Both the position numbers and the translations under genes were made by a program. A stretch of 64,000 bases of DNA. It comes from Candidatus Brocadiia bacterium (GTDB taxonomy: Bacteria; Planctomycetota; Brocadiia; CAIUPP01). This document shows positions 25,326 through 33,705 of the stretch, piece by piece. Numbering within the stretch: position 1 is the first letter of the stretch; the number at the start of each line of letters is the position of its first letter. Under the pieces are notes generated by a model, which ran no database searches, had not been told where the DNA came from, and worked only from the letters and a program-made list of their open reading frames with translations. The stretch spans positions 39,386 to 103,385 of the forward strand of contig JBEKCB010000009.1 of NCBI GenBank assembly GCA_050015075.1. The letters run 5' to 3'.

Positions 25326-26075
25326 ATGAGCCGCCGCGATTTCCTGACGTACTCTCTGGCGGCGGGCGCCGGCGCGGTTCTTTTCGGCGTGCCCGGAAGC
25401 CGCTCGGCGGTCGCCCAGTCGCCTGCCGCGGAAAAGGATAATGGTGGTTCCGTCGCACTGGCCCGTGATGAAAAGGAGAATGCCATGCCGTTCGCATTGC
25501 CGCCGCTGCCGTATGACAAGGCCGCTCTCGCGCCGTACCTGAGCGCCGAGACGCTGGAGTATCATTACGGCAAGCATCACCAGGCGTACGTGAATAACCT
25601 CAACAAGCTGACCGAGGGCAAGCCGGAGGCGAAGCAGTCGCTGGAGAAGATCATCATGTCCGCCGCGCCCGGCGGTCTGTTCAATAACGCCGCGCAGGAT
25701 TGGAACCACACGTTTTACTGGAACAGCATCAAGCCCAACGGCGGCGGCGAGCCGACCGGCAAATTGAGCGCGGCGATCGAGCGCGACTTCGAGTCGTTCG
25801 CGAAGTTCAAAGAGCAGTTGACCGCCGCGGCGGCGACGCTCTTCGGCTCGGGCTGGACCTGGCTGGCGCTCGACGGCGGCAAGCTGAAGATCGTGCAGAC
25901 CAAGGACGCCGACCTGCCGATGAAGCACGACCAGGTCGCGCTGCTGACGATTGACGTGTGGGAACACGCCTACTACATTGACTACCGGAACGCGCGGCCG
26001 AAGTACATCGAGGCGTTCCTCGAGCACCTGGTCAACTGGGATTTCGCCGCAGCCAATCTCGCCAAGGCAAAGTGA
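25326..26075 (+). CDS. sodB: Fe-type superoxide dismutase with a twin-arginine (Tat) signal peptide
   Basis: MSRRDFLTYSLAAGAGAVLFG (Tat motif), then [69 protein letters not shown]. Confidence 0.9.
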   Translation: MSRRDFLTYSLAAGAGAVLFGVPGSRSAVAQSPAAEKDNGGSVALARDEKENAMPFALPPLPYDKAALAPYLSAETLEYHYGKHHQAYVNNLNKLTEGKPEAKQSLEKIIMSAAPGGLFNNAAQDWNHTFYWNSIKPNGGGEPTGKLSAAIERDFESFAKFKEQLTAAAATLFGSGWTWLALDGGKLKIVQTKDADLPMKHDQVALLTIDVWEHAYYIDYRNARPKYIEAFLEHLVNWDFAAANLAKAK

Positions 26076-26091
26076 TAGAACTGAACAAACT

Positions 26092-26123
26092 AAGGACCTG
26101 GCCGCCTGAGCGGCCAGGTCCTT
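26092..26123. terminator. Perfect 14-bp hairpin between convergent sodB and the zinc-ribbon gene (possible bidirectional terminator)
   Basis: AAGGACCTGGCCGC-ctga-GCGGCCAGGTCCTT, followed by AATTAAT. Confidence 0.6.
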
Positions 26124-26133
26124 AATTAATCAG

Positions 26134-26167
26134 CATTCGGCATTCGGCAATCGCCAATCGGCAATCC
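26134..26167. repeat. Five tandem heptamers (A)ATCGGC-like
   Basis: cATTCGGC ATTCGGC AATCGCC AATCGGC AATCCCG. Confidence 0.6.
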
Positions 26168-26169
26168 CG

Positions 26170-26400
26170 TTAGTGTCCGCATCCCGCGCAATTCGACCGC
26201 CGGCATCCGCCGCACGAGGCGCCGGATGAAGCCTCGGACCTTCCGGCCGAACCGCTGCTCATGCCGAAGACGGAGAACTGCCGCTGCGTCTTGCGGCTGC
26301 GGCACTTCGGGCACGCGGGCGGTTTCACCTCGCCGCTCGACCGGAACAGTTCCTCGAACTCTTTCCCGCATGCGCTGCATTGGTATTCGTAAATCGGCAT
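26170..26400 (-). CDS. FmdB-family zinc-ribbon protein
   Basis: MPIYEYQCSACGKEFEEL....PACPKC. The C-terminus is Cys/Gly-rich. Confidence 0.85.
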   Translation of the reverse strand: MPIYEYQCSACGKEFEELFRSSGEVKPPACPKCRSRKTQRQFSVFGMSSGSAGRSEASSGASCGGCRRSNCAGCGH

Positions 26401-26422
26401 CGGCGGCGTTCCCTGTAAAAAC

Positions 26423-26980
26423 CTATCGCGGCAGCACGCGCAGCGGGTCCACGAACTGATCGTTCTCCATGACGCGGAATTGAAGCTCCGCCCTGCTCGC
26501 GCCGCTCGAAGGACCGACGGTGGCGATCGCTTCGCCCTGCTTGACCCACGTCCCGTGCGTCACGAGGATCTCGCCCAGGCGCCCGTAATACGTCGCGCTG
26601 CCGTCCTCCTGCTCGAGCACGATCACCTTGCCGTACTCGGGCGTCTTCTCGAAGATGTTCACGCGCCCGCTCTTGGCCGCGACCACCGTCTGCCCGGCCG
26701 TGGCGCGGATGTCCACGCCGGAACCGCTCTCCATGAACCGCGCAACGATTTCTCCCCGCAGCGGCCACACGAAGCGCGGCTCGGCCGGAATCGGGCCGCT
26801 GTATCCGGGATTGCGCACCGCCACCGGCGGCTTTGGCGTCGCGATCTCGACGGTTTCGGCGGGCGCGGGCGGCGTGATCGTGTAAGCGGCCGGCCGCACC
26901 GGTGCGGGCCTTACGCACCCGGCCGGAATCGCGGCCAGCAACAGGCCGGCGACTCCGGCGCACCGGCGCCACAGGCTCAT
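26423..26980 (-). CDS. LytM (M23-like) domain lipoprotein, apparently lacking the catalytic His residues (NlpD/EnvC-like)
   Basis: Signal peptide/lipobox MSLWRRCAGVAGLLLAAIPAGC. LytM fold motifs GVDIRATAGQTVVAAKSGRV...YGKVIVLEQEDGSATYYGRL...VKQGEAIATVG. AELQFRV sits where HLHFE is expected. The start is internal to ORF 26423..27067. Confidence 0.75.
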   Translation of the reverse strand: MSLWRRCAGVAGLLLAAIPAGCVRPAPVRPAAYTITPPAPAETVEIATPKPPVAVRNPGYSGPIPAEPRFVWPLRGEIVARFMESGSGVDIRATAGQTVVAAKSGRVNIFEKTPEYGKVIVLEQEDGSATYYGRLGEILVTHGTWVKQGEAIATVGPSSGASRAELQFRVMENDQFVDPLRVLPR

Positions 26981-27014
26981 GCTCACGGCTGATCCGCCCA
27001 TCGTTATAAAATTA

Positions 27015-27089
27015 TGGAGCGGCGGAAGGGACTCGAACCCTCGACGTGCAGCTTGGGAAGCTGCCATTCTACCACTGAATTACCGCCGC
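27015..27089 (-). tRNA. tRNA-Gly (anticodon CCC), CCA encoded
   Basis: Reverse complement: GCGGCGG TA ATTC AGTGGTA GAAT G GCAGC TTCCCAA GCTGC ACGTC GAGGG TTCGAGT CCCTT CCGCCGC T CCA. It folds by hand into a full cloverleaf of 75 nt. Confidence 0.9.
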
Positions 27090-27185
27090 CTCACTTGGCG
27101 CGAAAGCGTCGTCGCGCCGCAATGAATCCTCGGCGATTATATCGTCCGCCGTTCTCCTCCGTCAAGTTGCGCTCCCGCCGCCGCC

Positions 27186-27214
27186 TTGACAGGCCCGGCG
27201 CGGGAGACCATAAT
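27186..27214 (+). promoter_or_regulatory. sigma70-like promoter TTGACA-N17-CATAAT upstream of aroA'
   Basis: Hexamers read directly from the sequence. Confidence 0.45.
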
Positions 27215-27271
27215 TCGGCAGGAAGGCGCGCCGCAGCAGCCCGCGCCGCGCGAGGTTTTGGAGGCCATAAG

Positions 27272-28075
27272 ATGATCGGCAAAACGATCCGGCTCGAACG
27301 CATCATTGACCGCAATTCCGGCCGCACGGTCATCGTGCCGATGGACCACGGCATCACCCTGGGTCCGATCCGCGGGCTGGAGGACATGCGCACGACCGTC
27401 GAGCGGATCGTCGCCGGCGGCGCCAACGCGATCATCGAACACAAGGGCATCGTCGTCTCCGGGCATCGCGGCTCGGGAAGGGACATCGGGCTGATCGTCC
27501 ACCTCTCGGCGAGCACGTCGCTCAGCCCGGACCCGGACTCCAAAGTCGGCGTCACCGAGGTCGAGGAGGCGATCCGCATCGGCGCGGACGGCGTCTCCGT
27601 GCACGTGAACCTCGGCGCCTCGACGGAGATGGAGATGCTCCGCAACCTCGGCCGCACGGCGCGCAAGTGCAGCGACTGGGGCATTCCGCTCCTGGCGATG
27701 ATGTACACGCGCGGCGAGAAAATCCAAAACCCGTTCGACGTCAAGTACGTCAAGCACGCCGCGCGCGTCGGCGCGGAACTCGGCGCGGACGTCGTCAAGG
27801 TCGTCTACACCGGCGCGGTCGAGAGCTTCCGCGAGGTCGTCGCCGGCTGCCCGGTGCCGGTCCTGATCGCCGGCGGCGAGAAGATGGAATCCGACGAGGA
27901 ATTGCTCACGGTCGTCGCCGGCGCGCTCAAGGCCGGGTGCGCCGGCGTCAGCATCGGCCGCAACGTCTTCCAGCACCGGAACCCGATGCGGATGATCGAG
28001 GCGATCAGCGCGCTGGTGCACCGGAACAAGAGCGTCGCCGAGGGGCTCAGGATTCTCAAAAAAAGGCAGCAATGA
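27272..28075 (+). CDS. aroA': 2-amino-3,7-dideoxy-D-threo-hept-6-ulosonate (ADH) synthase / class-I aldolase (DhnA family)
   Basis: [61 protein letters not shown]. Translationally coupled (ATGA) to a type II DHQ synthase. The start is internal to ORF 27014..28075; GGAGG SD. Confidence 0.8.
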   Translation: MIGKTIRLERIIDRNSGRTVIVPMDHGITLGPIRGLEDMRTTVERIVAGGANAIIEHKGIVVSGHRGSGRDIGLIVHLSASTSLSPDPDSKVGVTEVEEAIRIGADGVSVHVNLGASTEMEMLRNLGRTARKCSDWGIPLLAMMYTRGEKIQNPFDVKYVKHAARVGAELGADVVKVVYTGAVESFREVVAGCPVPVLIAGGEKMESDEELLTVVAGALKAGCAGVSIGRNVFQHRNPMRMIEAISALVHRNKSVAEGLRILKKRQQ

Positions 28076-29064
28076 AAAAAGTCTGGGTGCAGATCATCCC
28101 GTGGGACAAGCCGCTCGCGCTCGCGGCGCTGGAGGGCGGCGCGGACGCGGTGGTGCTGGCCGCCGGCGACGCGCCGCGCATGCGCGAACTCGGCCGCATG
28201 ACCGTCGTCGCGCCCGACGGCGACCTGCGCCCCGGCCGCGACCTGACGGAGATGGAGATCCGCTCGAAGGCCGACGAGCGCGCCGCCGCCGCCGCGCCGG
28301 GGAACCGCACGCTGCTGCTGCGCATGGCCGATTGGACGATCATCCCGCTGGAGAACCTCATCGCGCAGCGCGGCAACATCCTCGTCGAGGTCGCCGGCGC
28401 CGAGGCCGCGCGCACCGCCGCCGGCATCCTGGAAAAAGGCGTGGACGGCGTCGTCCTCGCCGCGCGCGACCCGGAGGAAGTCCGCAGGACCATCCGGCTC
28501 GTCCGGGAGATCGGCGAGTCGCTCGCGCTCGAGACCGCCGCGGTCGTCGAAGTCCGCACGCTCGGCATGGGCGACCGCGTCTGCGTGGACACCTGCACGC
28601 AGATGGAGCCCGGCCAGGGAATGCTCGTCGGCAACACCACCGAGGGCTTCCTGCTCGTCCACAGCGAGAGCATCGAGAACCCGTACGTCGCCGCTCGGCC
28701 GTTCCGCGTCAACGCCGGCGCCGTGCACGCCTACGCGCTGTGCCCCGGCGGCCGGACGCGCTACCTGAGCGAGCTGAAGGCCGGCGACGAGGTCCTGATC
28801 GTGGACCACGCCGGCCGCACGCAGGTGGCCTACATCGGCCGCGCCAAAGTCGAGCGCCGACCGCTGATGCTCGTCCGGGCCGAACTCGCCGGAAAGGAAA
28901 TCGCGCTCGTCCTCCAGAACGCCGAGACCATCCGCCTGACCGCGCCCGGCGGCAAGCCGATCAGCGTCGCCGCCCTCAAGCCCGGCGACCCGGTCCTCGC
29001 CCACCTCATGGGCGGCGCGCGCCATTTCGGCATGAAGGTCACCGAGACGCTGAGGGAGCGATGA
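28072..29064 (+). CDS. aroB': 3-dehydroquinate synthase, type II (archaeal type)
   Basis: [74 protein letters not shown]. The frame is that of ORF 27667..29064. Confidence 0.8.
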   Translation: MKKVWVQIIPWDKPLALAALEGGADAVVLAAGDAPRMRELGRMTVVAPDGDLRPGRDLTEMEIRSKADERAAAAAPGNRTLLLRMADWTIIPLENLIAQRGNILVEVAGAEAARTAAGILEKGVDGVVLAARDPEEVRRTIRLVREIGESLALETAAVVEVRTLGMGDRVCVDTCTQMEPGQGMLVGNTTEGFLLVHSESIENPYVAARPFRVNAGAVHAYALCPGGRTRYLSELKAGDEVLIVDHAGRTQVAYIGRAKVERRPLMLVRAELAGKEIALVLQNAETIRLTAPGGKPISVAALKPGDPVLAHLMGGARHFGMKVTETLRER

Positions 29065-29089
29065 CCAAGCGTGGCCCGGCGCGCCGTAA

Positions 29090-29161
29090 ATCGTCCTCGT
29101 CCACGGCCTCGTCCTCGAACTGGTTCTAACGACCGAGGACGACGACGAGGCCGAGGACGAT
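29090..29161. repeat. Palindromic intergenic element, (GTCCTC)n-arm type, copy 4
   Basis: ATCGTCCTCGTCCACGGCCTCGTCCTCGAACtgGTTCTAACGACCGAGGACGACGACGAGGCCGAGGACGAT. Confidence 0.85.
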
Positions 29162-29183
29162 CGGCAGGAACGCTCAAGGAGCA

Positions 29184-29819
29184 ATGAACGTGAAGAGGAA
29201 AGCCATCCGTCGTCCGGCGCGCAGCGCGCAGGAACTGCCCGCTTTCGACCCGGCGCCTTCGGCCAGGGCCGGCGTCGAGATTCTGGAACAGGCGGGTGTC
29301 GGCTATGCGCTCGTCGGCCGCGTGGCGGTGTGGCTTTATCTGCCGCCGGAGCAGCACGCCTATACGAAGGACGTGGATTTCGCAGTTTTCCACGACGACC
29401 TCGGCCGCATCGCCAGGGCGTCCGTCGCCAAGGGCTACCGTCTCAAGCCGCTCAGCATCGGAGGGTTCGCGGTCCGCGGCGGGCCGGTGACGGTGGATTT
29501 CGTTGATCGTCATCCGGAGCTCTCGAACCTGTTCGCCGGCGCCATCCGCGCCGCCCGCAGAAGCGGGCCCAGGTTCGCGGTGGGGAAATTGAAAGTGCCC
29601 GTGGTCCCGAAGAACTACCTGGTCGCCATGAAGATCGCCACCATGGAGGACAAAGACGAACAAGACGCGGCGTCGCTCATCATGACCGTTTCGCCGGAGG
29701 GCTACCGCGCGCTGCGGTCGTTCGTCCGGCGGCAGCTCGGACCGCTGCTGGCCCTCCGCCTCGACGCGATCGCTCGAAGGGCGGGGCACGCCGGCGCCGT
29801 GCGGGCCGAGTACCGATAG
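29184..29819 (+). CDS. Nucleotidyltransferase-fold protein (unknown function)
   Basis: VGYALVGRVAVWLYLPPEQHAYTKDVDFAV. It shares the pattern YxLxGxxA...TKDxD with the protein at 53664..54134. Confidence 0.55.
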   Translation: MNVKRKAIRRPARSAQELPAFDPAPSARAGVEILEQAGVGYALVGRVAVWLYLPPEQHAYTKDVDFAVFHDDLGRIARASVAKGYRLKPLSIGGFAVRGGPVTVDFVDRHPELSNLFAGAIRAARRSGPRFAVGKLKVPVVPKNYLVAMKIATMEDKDEQDAASLIMTVSPEGYRALRSFVRRQLGPLLALRLDAIARRAGHAGAVRAEYR

Positions 29820-29911
29820 CGCCGCATGCTCTTGGACCCGAAGCCGGTAATCCGTGGCCATCCGTGCAATCCGTGGCTAAGGCGGCTTCTTTGTTTATAT
29901 AAAGAGCAATA

Positions 29912-30754
29912 ATGACTGCGCTTGAATTCGTCCTCATCTGCTTCTTCGTCTCCATCGTCGGCGGGTTCATCGGCTCGCTGCTGGGGCTGGGCGGCGGGCT
30001 GATCGTGATCCCGATGCTGACCCTGGCGCTGAAGGTGGACATCCGCTACGCCATCGGCGCGAGCATCGTCTCGATCATCGCCACCTCCAGCGGCGCGGCG
30101 GCGGCGTACGTGCGCGAGCGCATGACGAACCTGCGCGTGGCGATGGTGCTCGAGATCGCCACGACGCTCGGCGCGCTGACCGGCGGTTACATGGCCGGCC
30201 GGATCGCCGGGCGCTGGCTGTTCGTGGTCTTCGGCGTCGTCATGGCCGCCTCGGCGGTGATGATGCTGCGCAAGCGCCGCAACCTGGCCAGCGACGAAGG
30301 CGAGGGCACGCCGTGGGCGAATTACCTGCGCCTGCACGGCAGTTATTACGACGGCGCGCTCCAGAAGGAAGTGCCTTACCGCGTCGTCCGCGCGCGCCTG
30401 GGGCTGGGGCTCATGTACATTGCGGGCATGATGAGCGGGTTGCTGGGCATCGGCTCCGGCGTGCTCAAGGTGCCGGCGATGGACCTGGGCATGCGCCTGC
30501 CGATCAAGGTCTCCACCGCAACGAGCAACTTCATGATCGGCGTCACCGCCGCCGCCAGCGCGGGGCTGTACTTCGCGCGCGGCGACATCAACCCGTTCAT
30601 CGCCGGGCCGGTCGCGGCCGGGATTCTCGTCGGCGCGATGGTCGGCGCGCGCGTCATGGGCCGGCTGCATAACGCCCTCATCCGGTACGTCTTCGTGGTC
30701 GTGTTGCTCATCGTCTCGGTGCAGATGCTTCTCAGGGGACTGAAAGGAAATTAA
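29912..30754 (+). CDS. TauE/SafE-family sulfite/anion exporter
   Basis: About 8 TM helices; GGGLIVIPML, ATSSGAAAAY, GIGSGVLKVPAM. Confidence 0.85.
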   Translation: MTALEFVLICFFVSIVGGFIGSLLGLGGGLIVIPMLTLALKVDIRYAIGASIVSIIATSSGAAAAYVRERMTNLRVAMVLEIATTLGALTGGYMAGRIAGRWLFVVFGVVMAASAVMMLRKRRNLASDEGEGTPWANYLRLHGSYYDGALQKEVPYRVVRARLGLGLMYIAGMMSGLLGIGSGVLKVPAMDLGMRLPIKVSTATSNFMIGVTAAASAGLYFARGDINPFIAGPVAAGILVGAMVGARVMGRLHNALIRYVFVVVLLIVSVQMLLRGLKGN

Positions 30755-31188
30755 TGACCTCCAACGGCTCCGACGCGGCATCGCCTTCCGCTCCGCCAGA
30801 GGACCGGCGCGTGGTGCGCGTGGAAATCGTCATCAGTTGGGTGCTGCGCGTCGGCGTCGTCACGAGCCTGGCGGTCGTCCTCGTCGGCCTGGTGCTGATC
30901 TTCGTGCACCATCCGGAACTCCTGACCTCGACCACGCGATTGCAGGACCTCACGCAGCGCGGCGCCGTTTTCCCGCACACCCTGTCGGAGGTGTTCCAGG
31001 GCGCGCTGCGCACGCGGGGCGAAGCGATCGTCGCGGTCGGCCTGTTGCTGCTGATCCTCACCCCGGTCACCCGCGTCGCCGTCTCGATCCTGGCGTTCGT
31101 CTACCAGCGCGACCGCGCCTACACGTTCATCACGCTGACCGTCCTCATCATCCTGCTGATGTCCTTCGTGATCGGCCGGCTGGAGTAG
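30754..31188 (+). CDS. DUF1634 membrane protein
   Basis: VEIVISWVLRVGVVTSLAVVLVGLVL...; TAATG-coupled to the TauE gene, which is the usual partner arrangement. Confidence 0.75.
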   Translation: MTSNGSDAASPSAPPEDRRVVRVEIVISWVLRVGVVTSLAVVLVGLVLIFVHHPELLTSTTRLQDLTQRGAVFPHTLSEVFQGALRTRGEAIVAVGLLLLILTPVTRVAVSILAFVYQRDRAYTFITLTVLIILLMSFVIGRLE

Positions 31189-31204
31189 GCTGCGCAGCGG
31201 AAGC

Positions 31205-31233
31205 TTGACCTCCAATGCCGCGCCTGATATACT
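31205..31233 (+). promoter_or_regulatory. sigma70-like promoter TTGACC-N17-TATACT upstream of etfB
   Basis: CTTGACC...TGATATACTCCGC..CGAATG closely resembles the module at 32329. Confidence 0.5.
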
Positions 31234-31341
31234 CCGCTTCCCGAATGCCCGTGTTCACGCAAACAGGCGGACGCCTTGTCCGCTTGCGCCTGACGGAGCC
31301 GGGCGCAATGTTCCTCCTGGTCTCTGAAGTAAGGTGGCACT

Positions 31342-32268
31342 ATGCCATATCACTGCATCGTGCTCGCGAAGCAGGTCCCGGACACGAAGAACATCACCGG
31401 GCAGGCGATGAAGGACGACGGCACGGTCAACCGCGCCGCGCTGCCGGCGATCTTCAACCCCGAGGACCTCAACGCGCTGGAGCTGGCGCTGGACCTGCGC
31501 GACCGGTTCGGCGGGCGCGTGACGCTGATTACGATGGGGCCGCCGGCGGCGTGCGAGCTGCTGCGCGACGCGCTCTATCGCGGCGCGGATGAGGCGATCC
31601 TCCTGTCCGACCGCCGCTTCGCCGCCGCCGATACGCTGGCGACCTCCTACGCGCTCGGCTGCGCGATCCGCAAAATCGGCGACTTCGACCTGGTCATCGG
31701 CGGCCGGCAGGCGATTGACGGCGATACCGCCCAGGTCGGCCCGCAGACGGCCGAGAAGCTCGGCATCAACCAGGTGACGTACGTGGAGAAAGTCCTGAAG
31801 CTCGACGGCCGCACGATCGAGATCGAGCGCGCCATCGAGGGCGGGTTCGAGCGCGTCCGCGCGCAACTGCCGCTGCTGCTGACGGTAACCGGAACGGCGA
31901 ACGAGCCGCGTCCGCCGCGCGCCAAGCGACTGCTCCAGTACCGCCGCTACACCACCGCGCCGGAGATCGCCGGCCGCATCCGCAAGCAGATCGAGCAGTC
32001 CGGCCGCACGCCGACCGACGCCGAAATCGCCGCCGCGGCTGCCCCGCTCGTGGAGACCGCCGTCCGCGAGAAGCGGACCTTGACGCTCTGGGACGCCGAT
32101 ACCGTCGGCGCCGACGCCGCCAGGATCGGCGGGCGCGGCTCGCCGACGAAGGTGAAAAAAATCGAGTCCATCGTCCTCAAGGGCCGCGACCTGGCCTGGA
32201 TCGAGCCGAACGACGAGGGCGTCCGCGGGCTCGTGAAGGGACTCGTGGAAGAACATATCATCGGGTAA
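31342..32268 (+). CDS. etfB: Electron transfer flavoprotein, beta subunit (FixA-like, with C-terminal extension)
   Basis: IVLAKQVPDTKNITGQAMKDDGTVNRAALPAIFNPEDLNALELAL, LVIGGRQAIDGDTAQVGPQ. Confidence 0.9.
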   Translation: MPYHCIVLAKQVPDTKNITGQAMKDDGTVNRAALPAIFNPEDLNALELALDLRDRFGGRVTLITMGPPAACELLRDALYRGADEAILLSDRRFAAADTLATSYALGCAIRKIGDFDLVIGGRQAIDGDTAQVGPQTAEKLGINQVTYVEKVLKLDGRTIEIERAIEGGFERVRAQLPLLLTVTGTANEPRPPRAKRLLQYRRYTTAPEIAGRIRKQIEQSGRTPTDAEIAAAAAPLVETAVREKRTLTLWDADTVGADAARIGGRGSPTKVKKIESIVLKGRDLAWIEPNDEGVRGLVKGLVEEHIIG

Positions 32269-32328
32269 GAGACTTTCGCGCGCCGCGCGGCCACGGCCGA
32301 AAGGCAGAAAATTTATCGCGCTATTCGC

Positions 32329-32357
32329 TTGACATACAAGAAAACTTATGATATACT
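32329..32357 (+). promoter_or_regulatory. sigma70-consensus promoter TTGACA-N17-TATACT inside the etfB-etfA spacer
   Basis: CTTGACA...TGATATACTCCCGC..CGAATG; hexamers read directly from the sequence. Confidence 0.5.
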
Positions 32358-32445
32358 CCCGCAAGCGAATGAGGGCTGAAGAGCGGCCGCGTGTCGAAGG
32401 TTGCAAGTTGTTGACGGGGAAGAACCTAACGCGCAAAAAGCGAAT

Positions 32446-32591
32446 TGAAAAAACGAATCCAAATTGATTTGAAAAAACGAACCCGGCTTGTCCTAAACTG
32501 TGGTTCGTAGCAAAAAGGAACGCGAGCGGGAATCACGTCTTAGGCAGGAACGAGGCGATCTGAAAAAACGAACCCAATTTGTCGTAAACTG
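32446..32591 (+). repeat. Three direct copies of TGAAAAAACGAA(T/C)CC(..)TTGTC.TAAACTG in the etfB-etfA spacer
   Basis: R1 at 32446 (truncated), R2 at 32470..32500, R3 at 32561..32591. R2 and R3 match over about 30 nt. Confidence 0.7.
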
Positions 32592-32612
32592 CTGTGCTGA
32601 GGAAGAAAACGA

Positions 32613-33629
32613 ATGTCAGGAAAGAACGACGTAATGGTGTTCGTCGAGCAGAACGAAGGCCGGGCCGCCGACGTCTCGCTCGAACTGGTCTGCAAGGGAC
32701 GCGAGTTGGCCGACCGGCTGCGCGTGGGGCTCTCGGCGGTGGTCTGCGGCGAGCACATCGCCGGCCTCGCGGAGAAACTCGTGGCGCACGGCTGCGACGA
32801 GGTCCACGTCGCCGAAGACGCGCGGCTGCGGCAGTATCGCACGCTGCCCTACTCGCGCGTGGTGAGCGAGGTGATCCGCAAGGCGCAGCCGCAGATCGTC
32901 CTGTTCGGCGCCTCGCCCGTCGGCCGCGACCTGGCCCCGCGCATCGCCAGCGAACTGAAGGCCGGCCTCACCGCCGACTGCACCGACCTCCAGATCGGCG
33001 ACCACTCCGAGCCGGGCGGCGGCAAGGAATACAAGGACCTGCTCTACCAGATCCGGCCCGCCTTCGGCGGCAACATCATCGCCACGATCGTCTGCCCCGA
33101 GACGCGCCCGCAGATGGCCACCGTGCGCGAAGGCGTCATGAAGATGACCCCGCCCGACGCGAAGCGCAAGGGCAAAATCCTGCCCGCGAAGGCCGCGTTC
33201 CGCGACGAGGATTTCCTGCTGGAGATCCTCCACCGCGAGCACAAGGAGAAGACCGTCAACCTGCGCGCGGCGAACATCGTTGTCAGCGGCGGCGCCGGCG
33301 TCGGCAGCAAAGAGAATTTCAAGCTGCTCTTCGACCTGGCGCATGCCATCGGCGGCGTGGTCGGCGCCTCGCGCTCGGCCGTGGACAGCGGCTTCATCCC
33401 GAAGGATCACCAGGTCGGCCAGACCGGCACCACGGTCCGGCCGAAACTCTATATCGCCTGCGGCATCTCCGGCGCCGTGCAGCACCGGGCGGGCATGCAG
33501 GAATCCGCGAAGATCATCGCCATCAACACCGACCGCGAAGCGCCGATCTTCGACGTCGCGCACTACGGCATCGTCGGCGACCTGAACGTGGTCATCCCGA
33601 TGCTCATCAAGGCGTACAAGAGCAAATAA
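32613..33629 (+). CDS. etfA: Electron transfer flavoprotein, alpha subunit (FixB-like)
   Basis: VFVEQNEGRAADVSLELV, IVVSGGAGVGS, GASRSAVDSGFIPKDHQVGQTGTTVRPKLYIACGISGAVQH. GAGGAAG SD. Confidence 0.9.
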   Translation: MSGKNDVMVFVEQNEGRAADVSLELVCKGRELADRLRVGLSAVVCGEHIAGLAEKLVAHGCDEVHVAEDARLRQYRTLPYSRVVSEVIRKAQPQIVLFGASPVGRDLAPRIASELKAGLTADCTDLQIGDHSEPGGGKEYKDLLYQIRPAFGGNIIATIVCPETRPQMATVREGVMKMTPPDAKRKGKILPAKAAFRDEDFLLEILHREHKEKTVNLRAANIVVSGGAGVGSKENFKLLFDLAHAIGGVVGASRSAVDSGFIPKDHQVGQTGTTVRPKLYIACGISGAVQHRAGMQESAKIIAINTDREAPIFDVAHYGIVGDLNVVIPMLIKAYKSK

Positions 33630-33636
33630 GAAGTAT

Positions 33637-33674
33637 GAGTGATGAATGACGAAGCACTTCCTCATTCATCATTC
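33637..33674. repeat. Near-perfect 18-bp-arm palindrome between etfA and the acyl-CoA dehydrogenase gene
   Basis: GAGTGATGAATGACGAAG-ca-CTTCCTCATTCATCATTC, with 1 mismatch and 1 G-T. There is no T-tract after it. Confidence 0.6.
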
Positions 33675-33705
33675 GCAGTTCCGACTTCCATTGTGAGGTG
33701 AGCCC

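Noticed and set aside
16900-27089. tRNA-Gly-targeted genomic island
   Set aside because: There is no integrase and no direct repeat of the tRNA 3' end that I could see. Ordinary genes (sod, esterase, LytM, zinc ribbon) separate the tRNA from the AT-richer block.
27014-27271. N-terminal 86 codons of ORF 27014..28075
   Set aside because: This part runs antisense through the tRNA-Gly and the promoter. The aldolase-family homology and the SD begin at 27272.
9096-29875. Tandem short repeats (CACAGAT, ATCCGTG, ATTCGGC, GTCCTC) as a possible CRISPR array
   Set aside because: The units are 6-10 nt with 0-3 nt between them, arranged as hairpin arms. There are no 25-40-nt repeats, no unique spacers and no cas genes.
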